The notes under the pieces: generated by a model
Told to the model about the DNA's origin: nothing
The model's input: the letters and a program-made list of their open reading frames with translations, nothing else
Databases searched by the model: none
Shown: positions 1 to 13,500 of the stretch, piece after piece
How the letters are laid out: every line of letters begins with the position of its first letter
Position numbering within the stretch: the stretch's first letter is position 1
Translations under genes and position numbers: made by a program
Source of the DNA: Macrostomum lignano
Lineage: Eukaryota
Direction of reading: 5' to 3'
Length of the DNA stretch: 64,000 nt
NCBI GenBank assembly: GCA_002269645.1
Contig: NIVC01000175.1
Span: 496,001 to 560,000, forward strand

Positions 1-1778
1 AATCGCCCCATTCCCTATGAGAATCTTCTCATTCCCTATGAGAATCGCCCCATTCCCTATAAGAATCGCCCCATTCCCTATGAAAATCGCCCCATTCCCT
101 ATGAGAATCGCCCCATTCCCTATGAGAATCGCCCCATTCCCTATGAAAATCGCCCCATTCCCTATGAGAATCGCCCCATTCCCTATAAGAATCACCCCAT
201 TCCCTATGAGAATCGCCCCATTCCCTATAAGAATCACCCCATTCCCTATGAGAATCGCCCCATTCCCTATAAGAATCTCCCCATTCCCTATGAGAATCGC
301 CCCATTCCCTATGAGAATCGCCCCATTCCCTATAAGAATCACCCCATTCCCTATGAGAATCACCCCATTCCCTATAAGAATCACCCCATTCCCTATGAAA
401 ATCGCCCCATTCCCTATGAGAATCACCCCATTCCCTATGAGAATCGCCCCATTCCCTATGAGAATCTCCCCATTCCCTATGAGAATCGCCCCATTCCCTA
501 TAAGAATCACCCCATTCCCTATGAGAATCACCCCATTCCCTATAAGAATCACCCCATTCACTATGAAAATCGCCCCATTCCCTATGAGAATCACCCCATT
601 CCCTATGAGAATCGCCCCATTCCCTATGAGAATCTCCCCATTCCCTATGAGAATCACCCCATTCCCTATAAGAATCACCCCATTCCCTATGAGAATCGCC
701 CCATTCCCTATGAGAATCACCCCATTCCCTATGAGAATCGCCCCATTCCCTATGAAAATCGCCCCATTCCCTATGAGAATCGCCCCATTCCCTATAAGAA
801 TCACCCCATTCCCTATGAGAATCGCCCCATTCCCTATAAGAATCACCCCATTCCCTATGAGAATCGCCCCATTCCCTATAAGAATCACCCCATTCCCTAT
901 GAGAATCGCCCCATTCCCTATAAGAATCACCCCATTCCCTATGAGAATCGCCCCATTCCCTATAAGAATCTCCCCATTCCCTATGAGAATCGCCCCATTC
1001 CCTATGAGAATCGCCCCATTCCCTATGAGAATCGCCCCATTCCCTATAAGAATCACCCCATTCCCTATAAGAATCACCCCATTCCCTATAAGAATCACCC
1101 CATTCCCTATGAGAATCGCCCCATTCCCTATGAAAATCGCCCCATTCCCTATGAGAATCGCCCCATTCTCTATGAGAATCACCCCATTCCCTATAAGAAT
1201 CACCCCATTCCCTATAAGAATCACCCCATTCCCTATAAGAATCACCCCATTCCCTATAAGAATCACCCCATTCCCTATGAGAATCGCCCCATTCCCTATG
1301 AGAATCGCCCCATTCCCTATAAGAATCACCCCATTCCCTATGAAAATCGCCCCATTCCCTATAAGAATCGCCCCATTCCCTATGAGAATCGCCCCATTCC
1401 CTATGAAAATCGCCCCATTCCCTATAAGAATCACCCCATTCCCTATGCGAATCGCCCCATTCCCTATGAGAATCGCCCCATTCCCTATGAGAATCGCCCC
1501 ATTCCCTATGAGAATCGCCCCATTCCCTATGAGAATCACCCCATTCCCTATGAGAATCGCCCCATTCCCTATGAGAATCGCCCCATTCCCTATGAAAATC
1601 GCCCCATTCCCTATAAGAATCACCCCATTCCCTATGAGAATCGCCCCATTCCCTATGAGAATCGCCCCATTCCCTATGAGAATCTCCCCATTCCCTATGA
1701 GAATCGCCCCATTCCCTATGAGAATCGCCCCATTCCCTATGAGAATCGCCCCATTCCCTATGAGAATCGCCCCATTCC
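1..1778. repeat. 21-bp minisatellite (gaatcgccccattccctatga), about 85 copies, intronic in the RhoGAP gene
   Basis: Direct periodicity; runs up to the acceptor at 1790. Confidence 0.97.
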
Positions 1779-1790
1779 GCGCACTCGCAG

Positions 1791-2810
1791 AAGACAGTTG
1801 TCACTCCCGGCGTGTTCGGCTGCACTCTGGAAGATCTGATGCTTCAGCAGCGTCAGCGCGGCTTCCCCGAACTTGAGCAGCCGTGGATTCTGACCGTGCT
1901 CACCGAGGACACCATCAGGCTGGGCGGTCAACTCACCGAAGGGATATTTCGCAATCCCGGGGATTTCGACGCGTTAAACGTTGCCAGGACTCAGCTGGAG
2001 CAGTGGGATCTGACAGCTTGCAGGAGACTGAGCGACCCTCGGGTAACCGCCAGCCTGCTGGTCACGTGGCTCAGGGAACTGGCGGAACCATTGATCCCAA
2101 CCAGACTCTACCAGCGAGCTCTGGACTGTCACGATCGACCTGATGAAGCCTTAGCTCTAGTTGCTAGGCAGCTGAGTCCGCTGAATCAGCGCGTACTGCG
2201 TCACGTGATCAGATTTCTGCGCCTGTTCGCCGAGCCAAACGTCACGAGCGTGACTGGAATTGACGCTAGCGGTCTGGCGCTGCTCATGGCGCCCTGCCTG
2301 CTCAGGAGTCCCGAGTCCAGCTCAACAGTTTCCGGTGCCAATTGCAGCGATTTCGCTATGGACAATGCTAGACAGGAGGCTGCTTTTGTGCGGCTGCTGT
2401 TGCTGCATCTGCCTGAGTCTGCTGCGGCAATGGGCGGCGGTAGCGGTGGAGGCGGAGGCCTTCTCGGCCTGTCCAGCCTCTCTGTTATACGCGACGATCT
2501 ACCTGAGATTGATGAAGAGCCTGCGATTAATCACCAGCATCCTCAGCAGCAGCAGCAGCAACAGTCTATCGCGTCTTCTTCTAGTCTGCTTTTAAATTTC
2601 AATGCCAATGCAGCGGCCACTTCAGCTACGGTCACCACGGCAGCTGATGATGATGATGAAAATGAGGATGCTGCGGATGACATCAACGAAGAGGCGGATT
2701 TTGTTAATGAGGCTGATAACAAGGCCGATTGGAAACAGAAAGCTAAAAATGCTCAGAGCCTGGATTCGCTGCCGCCTCCGTTGGCCAATTCTGAAGACAG
2801 CTGCACTTGA
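1791..2810 (+). CDS. ARHGAP39: Terminal coding exon of a RhoGAP-domain protein, ARHGAP39/Vilse-like (5' exons lie outside the window)
   Basis: Acceptor gcactcgcag| at 1789-1790, then in-frame KTVVTPGVFGCTLEDLM...LGGQLTEGIFRNPGDFD...ASLLVTWLRELAEPLIP...LALLMAPCLLR...DNARQEAAFVRLLLLHL. This follows the C-terminal RhoGAP domain of ARHGAP39 as I recall it (FGSTLEEVM...GIFRVPGD...ENTRKEMSF). PolyQ/acidic tail; TGA at 2808-2810. Confidence 0.8.
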   Translation, partial: KTVVTPGVFGCTLEDLMLQQRQRGFPELEQPWILTVLTEDTIRLGGQLTEGIFRNPGDFDALNVARTQLEQWDLTACRRLSDPRVTASLLVTWLRELAEPLIPTRLYQRALDCHDRPDEALALVARQLSPLNQRVLRHVIRFLRLFAEPNVTSVTGIDASGLALLMAPCLLRSPESSSTVSGANCSDFAMDNARQEAAFVRLLLLHLPESAAAMGGGSGGGGGLLGLSSLSVIRDDLPEIDEEPAINHQHPQQQQQQQSIASSSSLLLNFNANAAATSATVTTAADDDDENEDAADDINEEADFVNEADNKADWKQKAKNAQSLDSLPPPLANSEDSCT

Positions 2811-2860
2811 CTGCTTCAAGCGAGTGGGTTTGATGTTTTGCTATGATCTACTTCTCATAT

Positions 2861-3615
2861 GAGATCTCACCACGATCTCTCATTGTCTCACCCTACTCTC
2901 CTAGTAAATCTCACCCCGATTTTCTCATTGTCTCACCCTACTTCTCTCCCAGTAGATCTCACCCCGATTTTCTCCTTGTCCCACCCTACTTCTCTCCCAG
3001 TAGATCTCACCCCGATTCTCTCATTGTCTCACCCTACTCTACTAGTAGATCTCACCCCGATTCTCTCATCTCACCTCTCTCATTGTCTCACCCTACTTCT
3101 CTCCTAGTAGATCTCACCCCGATTTTCTCATTGTCTCACCCTACTTCTCTCCAAGTAAATCTCGCCCCGATTCTCTCATTGTCTCACCCTACTTCTCTCC
3201 TAGTAGATCTCACCCCGATTCTCTCATTGTCTCACCCTACTTCTCTCCTAGTAGATTTCACTCCGATTCTCTCATTGTCTCACCCTACTTCTCTCCCAGT
3301 AGATCTCACCCCGATTCTCTCATTGTCTCACCCTACTCTCCTAGTAGATCTCACCCCGATTTTCTCATTGTCTCACCCTACTTCTCTCCCAGTAGATCTC
3401 ACCCCGATTTTCTCATTGTCTCACCCTACTTCTCTCCCAGTAAATTTTACCCTGATTCTCTCATTGTCTCACCCTACTTCTCTCCTAGTAGATCTCACTC
3501 CGGCTCTCACTCTCACCTTACTTCTCTCCCAGTAGATCGTACCCCGATTCTCTTATTGTCTCACCCTACTTCTCTCCTAGTAGATCTTACCCTAATTCTC
3601 TCACCCTACTTCTCA
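2861..3615. repeat. 48-bp minisatellite (tagatctcaccccgattctctcattgtctcaccctacttctctcctag)
   Basis: Direct periodicity. Confidence 0.9.
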
Positions 3616-4170
3616 TGAGCAGTCTCACTACACAGTTTCATGCTGGCACTCATAAAGCTATTTGAAAGAAACCATTTAATTTTAAAATATTTTCCCTACC
3701 TCAAAATCGTTTCCTTCATTCTTAAAAATAATTTCAAAAATCTTGCGCTTACTCTGCTTTCGAAAATTGCAGTAAAACAATATTTACTTATTTTTTCTTT
3801 AATATGCCTCTGTGTACTTGTATTTCTGTTTCTTACAAATTGCTTACTGCGTGTGGCACTGTCTTCTTTATAACTAATATTGTGATAGGCTTGAAGCTTT
3901 GGTTGTCTAGTTTGTTTTAATTAAGAAACTTGAGTAGTATTAATTTCGGAATTTGCCAGTTTTTTGTCTACTTTAACACTATAAACTTTCTCGTGCGTAA
4001 TTTCTACTTTCAATAGTGCTTTTTGTGCACCTTGATTATTTGTTATTATAAGCGAATTACCTGCTGACGACAATAGTTAATTATGATTGTCTAGTCTGAT
4101 TTTATCCATTCATACCAATCACTTCAAGGTTTATCGGGCCCATGGCTCTTCACCGTTTCACTCTAAAGTG

Positions 4171-4800
4171 TGACTCTACTTCTCATTCTACTTTTCAATA
4201 AGCTTCCTAATCTACTGCTCATTTTATTTGTCGCTCTACTTCTCATTCTACTTCTCATTCTACTCCTGATTCTACTTCTTATTCTACTTCTCATCCTACT
4301 TCTCATTCTACTTCTCATTCTACTCCTGATTCTACTTCTTATTCTACTTCTCATCCTACTTCTCATTCTACTTCTCATTCTACTTCTCACTCTACTCCTC
4401 CTACTTCTCACCCTACTCATAATTCTACTTCTCACCCTACTCATAATTCTACTTCTCACCCTAATTCTCATTCTACTTCTCACCCTACTCTTAATTCTAC
4501 TTCTCACCCTACTTCTCATTCTACTTCTCACTCTACTCCTCCTTCTACTTCTCACCCTACTCCTAATTATACTTCTCACCCTACTCCTAATTATACTTCT
4601 CACCCTACTCCTAATTATACTTCTCACCCTACTCCTAATTATACTTCTCACCCTACTCCTAATTATACTTCTCACCCTACTCCTAATATACTTCTCACCC
4701 TACTCCTAATTCTACTTCTCACTCTACTTGTCGTTCTACTTTTCAATCTACTATTTATTATACTTCTCATTCTACTTCTCATTCTTCTCATTCTATATCC
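4171..4800. repeat. 12-bp-based array (ctacttctcatt / ctacttctcaccctactcctaattata)
   Basis: Direct periodicity; the unit changes along the array. Confidence 0.85.
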
Positions 4801-4865
4801 CATTCTACTTTTCGCTAATTTGCTAATCACCTCATTTGAGTCATTCCATTTAGTTAACCGCGCTT

Positions 4866-4896
<31 letters not shown>

Positions 4897-5356
4897 TTAA
4901 AGCGAAAAAAATTAATCAAAATGGAATGCTTGTCTTTAATCTTGTCAATCTGTTATTCCTAACAGCCTTTTTCTAGTTATCACTAGCTTAAGTAACTGCT
5001 GATTAATACTATCAAATAATGATATAGTTCGCGTTGTACTTATGGAACATTAGCTGTAATACTGCCATTACACGGGGCACTGTGGTGTTCTTTTTGATTG
5101 ACATATTGCAAATCAATTTCTACCGATGCGCTTAACTGCCTACTGATAGTATGGACATAAATATATTCAGAACTAAATATTTGCCTTTATAATAATCGTA
5201 AATATATAACTTGTATTTCTGGCGCTCATGAAAGTAGAGCGATTATGCAGTTTGATGATATTGTATAATATTGTTAAACTGCTTGAATTTCACCTTTCTT
5301 GTTACTTTTGAATTGCTGCTTTCATTGGCTGCACTGGTAGCTTATCTTCACGTTAA

Positions 5357-6095
5357 ACCCTCCCAGATCCTTATTTACTGGGCTACCAGCCTCCCAGATC
5401 ATCAGTTGCTAAGCTACCAGCCTCCCAAATCCTTAGTTGCTAGGCTGCCAGTCTGCCAGATCCTCAGTTGCTGGGCTGCCAGCCTGCCAGAGTTGCTGGA
5501 CTACCAGCCTCCCAGATCCTCAGTTACTGGGCTGCCAGCCTCCCAAATCCTTAGTTGCTAGGCCAGCCTCCCAGATCCTTAGTTGCTAGGCCAGCCTCCC
5601 AGATCCTTAGTTGCCGGGCCAGTCTCCCAGATCCTTAGTTGCTAGGCCAGCCTCCCAGATCCTTAGTTGCCGGGCCAGTCTCCTAAATCCTTGGTTGCTA
5701 GGCCAGCCTCCCAGAACCTTAGTTGCCGGGCCAGTCTCCCAAATCCTTAGTTGCCGGGCCAGTCTCCCAAATCCTTAGTTGCCGGGCCAGTCTCCCAAAT
5801 CCTTAGTTGCTGGGCCAGTCTCCCAGATCCTTAGTTGCCGGGCCAGTCTCCCAGATCATCAGTTGCCGGGCCAGTCTCCCAGATCATCAGTTGCCGGGCC
5901 AGTCTCCCAGATCATCAGTTGCTGGGCCAGTCTCCCAGATCCTTAGTTGCTGGGCCAGTCTCCCAGATCCTTAGTTGCCGGGCCAGTCTCCCAGATCATC
6001 AGTTGCCGGGCCAGTCTCCCAGATCATCAGTTGCCGGGCCAGTCTCCCATATCCTTAGTTGCTATGCAAGGTTTGCAGATCCTCAGTTGCTGGGC
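5357..6095. repeat. 28-bp minisatellite (gggccagtctcccagatccttagttgcc)
   Basis: Direct periodicity. Confidence 0.9.
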
Positions 6096-6729
6096 CAAAA
6101 AAGGTGTTATAAGTAAGAAATTCGAATTTTTAGCTTCACATTGTCTAGCACAATCATCAGAACAAAGTCAAACTGATTAACATTCCAATCTGCTCTTTGA
6201 GTTCCCTCTCTGCTTTCTCTAACTTATTTTCGTCCATTTTTGGTAGCAAATTTGCGTTGCCGACGGCTCTCTACCCTCACTGCTTTTGTACAACTGTTAG
6301 GAAAAATCAATACAGCTACACGAAGGTTGAGCACACTTATGTACTTTGCTATAGCGGCTCTCGGATCACCTGGGTGTCGTGTTGGAACTGGCAGCAGTTT
6401 TAGTTGCCAGGGACTGCCATATCGATCCTGATTAAAATCTGTCAGAGCCGTTTCGAGGCAAAGAGATCCACGAGGGGGGTGTACAAGTAAGTGTACAATG
6501 CTTTGCTTCATACAGCAGCAGCTCCGGTCCCGCGTGTGTGTTTTGACTGCACGGAAACCCGATTTGAAAGGTTATTGATTTTTTCTCCGCGGGGTGTGGT
6601 GACTGGGGGTGGGGGAACTGGCGGAATAGGGAAGACCTGAAAAATCAGACTAAATTGCTAATTGTTAAGTGCGGCAGGCCAAGGAGGCTAAAGAGAATAT
6701 CTGGAGTCTTTCATAAATTCAAGGTTGAT

Positions 6730-7120
6730 GTTGAGATTGCAGTGAGATTAGAATATGGTTAGGCTGAGATTAGATTGAGATCGAGTGAGATAATATTGAG
6801 ATTGTAGTTCGACTAAATTATGGTTAAACTGAGATTAGATTGAGATTGAGTGAGATGATATTGAGATTGTAGTTCGACTAAATTATGGTTAAACTGAGAT
6901 TAGATTGAGATCGAGTGAGATGATATTGAGATTGTAGTTCGACTAGATTATGGTTAGGCTGAGATTAGATTGAGATCGAGTGAGATGATATTGAGATTGT
7001 AGTTCGACTAGATTATGGTTAGGCTGAGATTAGATTGAGATCAAGTGATATGATGTTGAGATTGCAGTGAGATTAGATTGAGATCGAGTGAGATTAGGTT
7101 TAGATCAAGAATGAGATTAT
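6730..7120. repeat. About 65-bp tandem repeat (gagattagattgagatcgagtgagatgatattgagattgtagttcgactagattatggttaggct)
   Basis: About 5 copies. Confidence 0.85.
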
Positions 7121-7568
7121 TAACTTCCTTCAAGGTGGTTTAAAAGTGCAGCTATCCGAGATGAATATTTTTTTAAACTTACGTAACGTAAAATTTATTG
7201 ATTTTAGTTTTTTGAAACCATTTTTAGCTCTTAGCCATATAAGAATATAGACATTTTCTCGAAAATCGGACAATCCAGATTTGACTTCATCAAGTTCTCC
7301 ATATGGCTGCACTCGCTGGGGTGGCTGCTACCAGGGGGGACAGGGAGTTCCATACCGACTTATAAATGCACAAACCTGTGTATATCGGTAGCCAGAGACA
7401 GAGAAGTTTCCCAACTTAGAAATCATTGCAAACTTATATTTGTATAATCGATTCCCCTGCCTAACTGTGATCCGATCAGGCTTATTCACGGAGTGAGAGC
7501 TTCGGGAACACTTTTCCTGCCATTCTCAGTAGGTTCTCAGAGATTTTTTTACGAAAAGACTTTTGAAG

Positions 7569-10500
7569 ATGTCAAACGCCGAGTTGCAAGCGATGCTGGC
7601 TGAGAAGGCCAAGGAGCTGTTTGACGTGTGCGACATTGAGCAGAAGGGCTTCATCACCAAGAGAGACATGCAGCGACTCAGCGGAGTCCTGCCACTGGAC
7701 CCCGACCAGATTGAGGACGTGTTCGACAGGCTAGATGACGATGGCAATGGCTACTTGACGCTGGAGGAGTTCACGGGTGGCTTCGGTGAGGCTGCAGTCT
7801 TGAGACTCATTAGCTCACTCATGAACTCACGCATAAATCACTTATGACCTCACTAATTAACTAACTCATTAACTCATACATGATTTCATATAAACTCACT
7901 AATGAAATCACCGATGAACTCAGTCATAATCTCACCCATGAACTCACTCATGAACTCACCCATAAACTCACTCATAAACTCACTTATGAACTCACTCATG
8001 AACTCAGTCATAATCTCACTCATGAACTCACTCATGAACTCACCCATGAAGTCACTAATGAACTCACTCATGAACTCACTCATGAACTCAGTCATAATCT
8101 CACTCATGAACTCACTCATGAACTCACTCATAAACTCGCTCATAAAATTGCTCGTAAACACACTCATGAACTCACCCATGAACTCACTAATGAACTCACT
8201 CATGAATTCACTAATGAACTCACTCATAAACTCGCTCATAAAATTGCTCATAAACACACTCATGAACTCACCCATGAACTCACTAATGAACTCACTCATG
8301 AATTCACTAATGAACTCACTCATAAACTCGCTCATAAACTTGCTCATAAACTCATTTACTCAATCAAAGTATTTCACGAACTCCTCAAATCCTATCACCC
8401 CGCAGGATCATTTATGGGCCTAGCGTCAGGTAGTGGCGACGGCGCCACAGGCGGAGGCGGCGGCGGCGAGGCGGATGGCGAGTACATCGAGGAGGGACGC
8501 CGCGGTAGGCGGGGCTTCGGCGAAATGGGTGATGACGACGGCTACAGCGTTGAAGAGGACGAGCACTTCCACCAGACGATGGAGAAGCTGGGAGCTGCCG
8601 GCGTGTTTCAGGAGTGAGTTCGGGCTGGGGTGAGACTGAGCTGGGGTGAGACTGAGCTGGGGTGAGACTGAGCTGGGGTGAGACTGAGCTGGGGTGAGAC
8701 TAAGGGCTGTAGATTGAGTTACACTAGAATAAGATCGCGATGGTATTATATATCAGGGTGAGATTAGGGTGAGACTCGAAATAGGTCGGGTGAGATTCGA
8801 GTGAGATCAGGTTGAGACTAGAGTGAGACCTAAATTAGACTAGATTGAGAGCTAAAAAAGACTAGATTGGGATCTATAAAATAACTGAGACTAGAGTGAG
8901 ATCTAAATGAGACTAGAGTGAGATCTAAATGAGACTAGAGTGAGATCTAAATGAGACTAGAGTGAGATCTAAATGAGACTAGAGTGAGATCTAAATGAGA
9001 CTATAGAGTGAGATCTAAATGAGACTATAGAGTGAGATCTAAATGAGACTAGAGTGAGATCTAAATGAGACTAGAGTGAGATCTAAATGAGACTAGAGTG
9101 AGATCTAAATGAGACTAGAGTGAGATCTAAATGAGACTAGAGTGAGATCTAAATGAGACTAGAGAGTGAGATCTAAATCAGACTAGAGTGAGATCTAAAT
9201 GAGACTAGAGTGAGATCTAAATGAGACTAGAGTGAGATCTAAATGAGACTGGAGTGAGATCTAAATGAGACTGGGTGAGATCTGATTGAGAATAAACTGA
9301 GACGGAGGTGAGATTGGATGAACTTATGGTAAGATTAGATGAAATCGGGGTGAGACTAGAATTAAAACTAGATTCTGCCTACTAGAGATAACAAATGCTG
9401 CGATGAGATCTCTCTGTATCAAGGTATCAAGACTCAGACTAACACTAACATCAGATCAGTTGCACTCTTACTAACCAACAATTAATAATTCTAAACCAAA
9501 CTATAAAACACTCACTTGACAATTTTCGCAACAGGAATTTGATCAGGTGAGTCTTCAAGGTTTTAGTGGGGCTCTGCAGTGCTTCAAATGTGTTTTTATA
9601 ATAAAACTCGAATATTTAATTGTAGATAATTATATCGCTTATCTGATCTGTATATCCTGACATAATTGTGCACTCATAATGCATTTGGTGGCACAGTACG
9701 TAGGGTTTGTTTTGTTCTAGTTTCTTAGATGTCTGTTTAAAATTAGAATATTCAGCTTATGCCTAATAGACAGCCTTGATCGCTTTCTGAGTAGGCCTAT
9801 GAGTGCGCTTCATCTTAGCTATCGCTTTGTGTTTTACTCTGCTCAAGTCGATTATTAAATAATCAGTAACCATGGTTACCGCACTGGCTGGCTCTTTTCC
9901 CGCTTTTGCACTGTGCCTACACCGCTCCCCACTCTCTCCCTCTCCCACTCTCCCTCTCCCTCTCCCTCTCCATCTCTCCCTCTCCCTCTCCCACTCCCAC
10001 TCTCCCTCTCCCACTCTCTCTCTCTCCCACTCTCCCTCTCCCACTCTCCCTCTCCCTCTCCCACTCTCCCTCTCCCACTCTCCCTCTCCCTCTCCCACTC
10101 TCCCTCTCCCACTCTCTCTCTCCACTCTCCCTCTCCCTCTCCCTCTCCCACTCTCCCTCTCCCACTCTCCTCTCCCACTCTCCCTCTCCCACTCTCCCTC
10201 TCCCACTCTCCCTCTCCCACTCTCTCTCTCCCACTCTCCCTCTCCCACTCCCTCTCCCACTCTCCCTCTCCCACTCTCCCTCTCCCTCTCCCACTCTCCC
10301 TCTCCCACTCTCCCTCTCCCACTCTCCCTCTCCCTCTCCCTCTCCCACTCTCTCTCTCCCACTCTCCCTCTCCCACTCTCTCTCTCCCACTCTCCCTCTC
10401 CCAGTCTCTCTCTCCCACTCTCCCTCTCCCACTCTCCCTCTCCCACTCTTCCTCTCCCACTCTCCTTCCTCCACTCTCCTTCCACTCTCCCTCTCCCACT

Positions 10501-13500
10501 CCCACTCTCCCTCTCCCACTCTCCCTCTCCCACTCTCCCTCTCCCACTCTCCCTCTCCCACTCTCCCTCTCCCACTCTCCTCTCCCACTCTCCCTCTCCC
10601 ACTCTCCTTCTCCGACTCTCCTTCTCCCACTCTCCCTCTCCCACTCTCTCTCTCCCACTCCCACTCTCCCTCTCCCACTCTCTCTCTCTCCCACTCTCCC
10701 TCTCCCACTCTCCTCTCCCTCTCCCACTCTCCCTCTCCCACTCTCCCTCTCCCTCTCCCACTCTCCCTCTCCCACTCTCTCTCTCCCACTCTCCCTCTCC
10801 CTCTCCCTCTCCCACTCTCCCTCTCCCACTCTCCCTCTCCCACTCTCCCTCTCCCACTCTCCCTCTCCCACTCTCCCTCTCCCACTCTCTCTCTCCCACT
10901 CTCCTCTCCCACTCCCTCTCCCACTCTCCCTCTCCCACTCTCCCTCTCCCTCTCCCACTCTCCTCTCCCACTCTCCCTCTCCCACTCTCCCTCTCCCTCT
11001 CCCTCTCCCACTCTCTCTCTCCCACTCTCCCTCTCCCACTCTCTCTCTCCCACTCTCCCTCTCCCAGTCTCTCTCTCCCACTCTCCCTCTCCCACTCTCC
11101 CTCTCCCACTCTTCCTCTCCCACTCTCCTTCCTCCACTCTCCTTCCACTCTCCCTCTCCCACTCCCACTCTCCCTCTCCCACTCTCCCTCTCCCACTCTC
11201 CCTCTCCCACTCTCCCTCTCCCACTCTCCCTCTCCCACTCTCCCTCTCCCACTCTCCCTCTCCCACTCTCCTTCTCCGACTCTCCTTCTCCCACTCTCCC
11301 TCTCCCACTCTCTCTCTCCCACTCTCCCTCTCCCACTCCCCTTTTTCTTTTCTGTTTAGCCTGTACAATCGCAGATTAGAAACTTTCTCATTGCACACTA
11401 TGTTTTAAAAAACGAGTTATACACGAGAAAGACGAGTATTTCAATCATAAATTATTCAATTTTTTTCATTTTTTGAAATCCTTATTCAAATAAAGGGATC
11501 AATATGACACTCGAACTTTTGGGTAAAAATTTATTTTGTTTATCTAATTTTGCGCGCATTTTTCCGCGAAAAAAGATACGAAATTTTTTTACAAATACTA
11601 TTACGTTTTTGGTAATTGAAGTCCGTGTATTTTTTGTTTAAACGATTGGGTTTTAAGTTGAAGTGTATTGGAAGATATTTTTGTTAAAAATATTGAATAA
11701 TAATTATTACGAAAAAAATTATTAAGCAAGATGGCAGGGTATTCATTTTAACAAATTATTCAATAAGGTGATAAAATTTTGTATTGATTCTTATCCATTA
11801 ATGATAATCAATTTATTAATTTACATTACATGTTCTACGATTGCTACTACCAAACCTAATTTCAGTAGGGTAGTTAGCGCAAAAATTTTAAGAGTAAATT
11901 TTTAACTTGTTCAAAAATCTCTACTTTCCCCGTTCGCCCAGAGAGGACAGCGTGAAGGAGCTGTGGGGCCGTCTGCAGAGAGACTACCCAGAGTTGGTCC
12001 CCGGGCTCGAGTCTCTGCTCACAAAAATGACTACAGAAATTCAGAAAAGTCAAGAGAGTTATAAAAGTTTGGAGAAAGTTCTACGAACGTGAGTAATCGT
12101 TTTATGTTATACTGATAATGATTTTTAAGTGTAAAAATAAAACAAAAAATCTATTTTTTAAAATTGAAATTTTCCAGGAAATCCTCAGCTCACGATGACG
12201 AGGTGCGAAAATTGTACGAAGAAATGGAGACTCAGATTCGAGCTGAGCGAGACAAAGTACTCGCCGAGGAGCGAGCCAAGGAGAAACAGCTGCGCGAGGA
12301 CATGGAGCGGGAGATTCGCGAGAAGGAGAAGCTGTGTCAGGAGCTGATGAAGAACCACGAGAAGGTTTGTTAGCGCCGATTTGGGGTGTGGGACAGACTG
12401 GAGATTGAAGCTGGTCAGGTGTGGGATAGACTGGAGATTGAAGCTGGTCAGGTGTGGGACAGACTGGAGATTGAAGCTGGTCAGGTGTGGGACAGAATGA
12501 AGATTGAAGCTGGTCAGGTGTGGGACAGACTGGAGATTGGAGCTGGTCAGGTGTGGGACAGACTGGAGATTGAAGCTGGTCAGGTGAGGGACAGACTGGA
12601 GATTGAAGCTGGTCAGGTGTGGGACAGACTGAAGATTTAAGCTGGTCAGGTGTGGGACAGACTGCAGATTTAAGCTGGTCAGGTGTGGGACAGACTGAAG
12701 ATTTAAGCTGGTCAGGTGTGGGACAGACTGGAGATTGGAGCTGGTCAGGTGTGGGACAGAATGAAGATTGGAGCTGGTCAGGTGTGGGACAGAATGAAGA
12801 TTGGAGCTGGTCAGGTGTGGGACAGACTGGAGATTGAAGCTGGTCAGGTGTGGGATAGACTGGAGATTGAAGCTGGTCAGGTGTGGGACAGAATGAAGAT
12901 TGGAGCTGGTCAGGTGTGGGACAGACTGGAGATTGGAGCTGGTCAGGTGTGGGACAGACTGGAGATTGAAGCTGGTCAGGTGTGGGACAGACTGGAGATT
13001 GAAGCTGGTCAGGTGTGGGACAGACTGGAGATTGAAGCTGGTCAGGTGTGGGACAGACTGAAGATTTAAGCTGGTCAGGTGTGGGACAGACTGGAGATTG
13101 AAGCTGGTCAGGTGTGGGACAGACTGGAGATTGAAGCTGGTCAGGTGTGGGACAGACTGGAGATTGAAGCTGGTCAGGTGTGGGACAGACTGGAGATTGA
13201 AGCTGGTCAGGTGTGGGACAGACTGGAGATTGAAGCTGGTCAGGTGTGGGACAGACTGGAGATTGAAGCTGGTCAGGTGTGGGACAGACTGGAGATTGAA
13301 GCTGGTCAGGTGTGGGACAGACTGGAGATTGAAGCTGGTCAGGTGTGGGACAGACTGGAGATTGAAGCTGGTCAGGTGTGGGACAGACTGCAGATTTAAG
13401 CTGGTCAGGTGTGGGACAGAATGAAGATTGGAGCTGGTCAGGTGTGGGACAGAATGAAGATTGGAGCTGGTCAGGTGTGGGACAGAATGAAGATTGGAGC

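Noticed and set aside
17-1876. 619-aa and 598-aa ORFs (PFPMRIA / REWGDSH repeats)
   Set aside because: Translations of a 21-bp (multiple of 3) intronic array that ends at the RhoGAP acceptor; open on both strands simply because the unit lacks stops.
9763-11408. Six overlapping ~500-aa SLSHSP/GEWERE ORFs
   Set aside because: Polypyrimidine array open in all frames; it lies inside a GT-AG intron.
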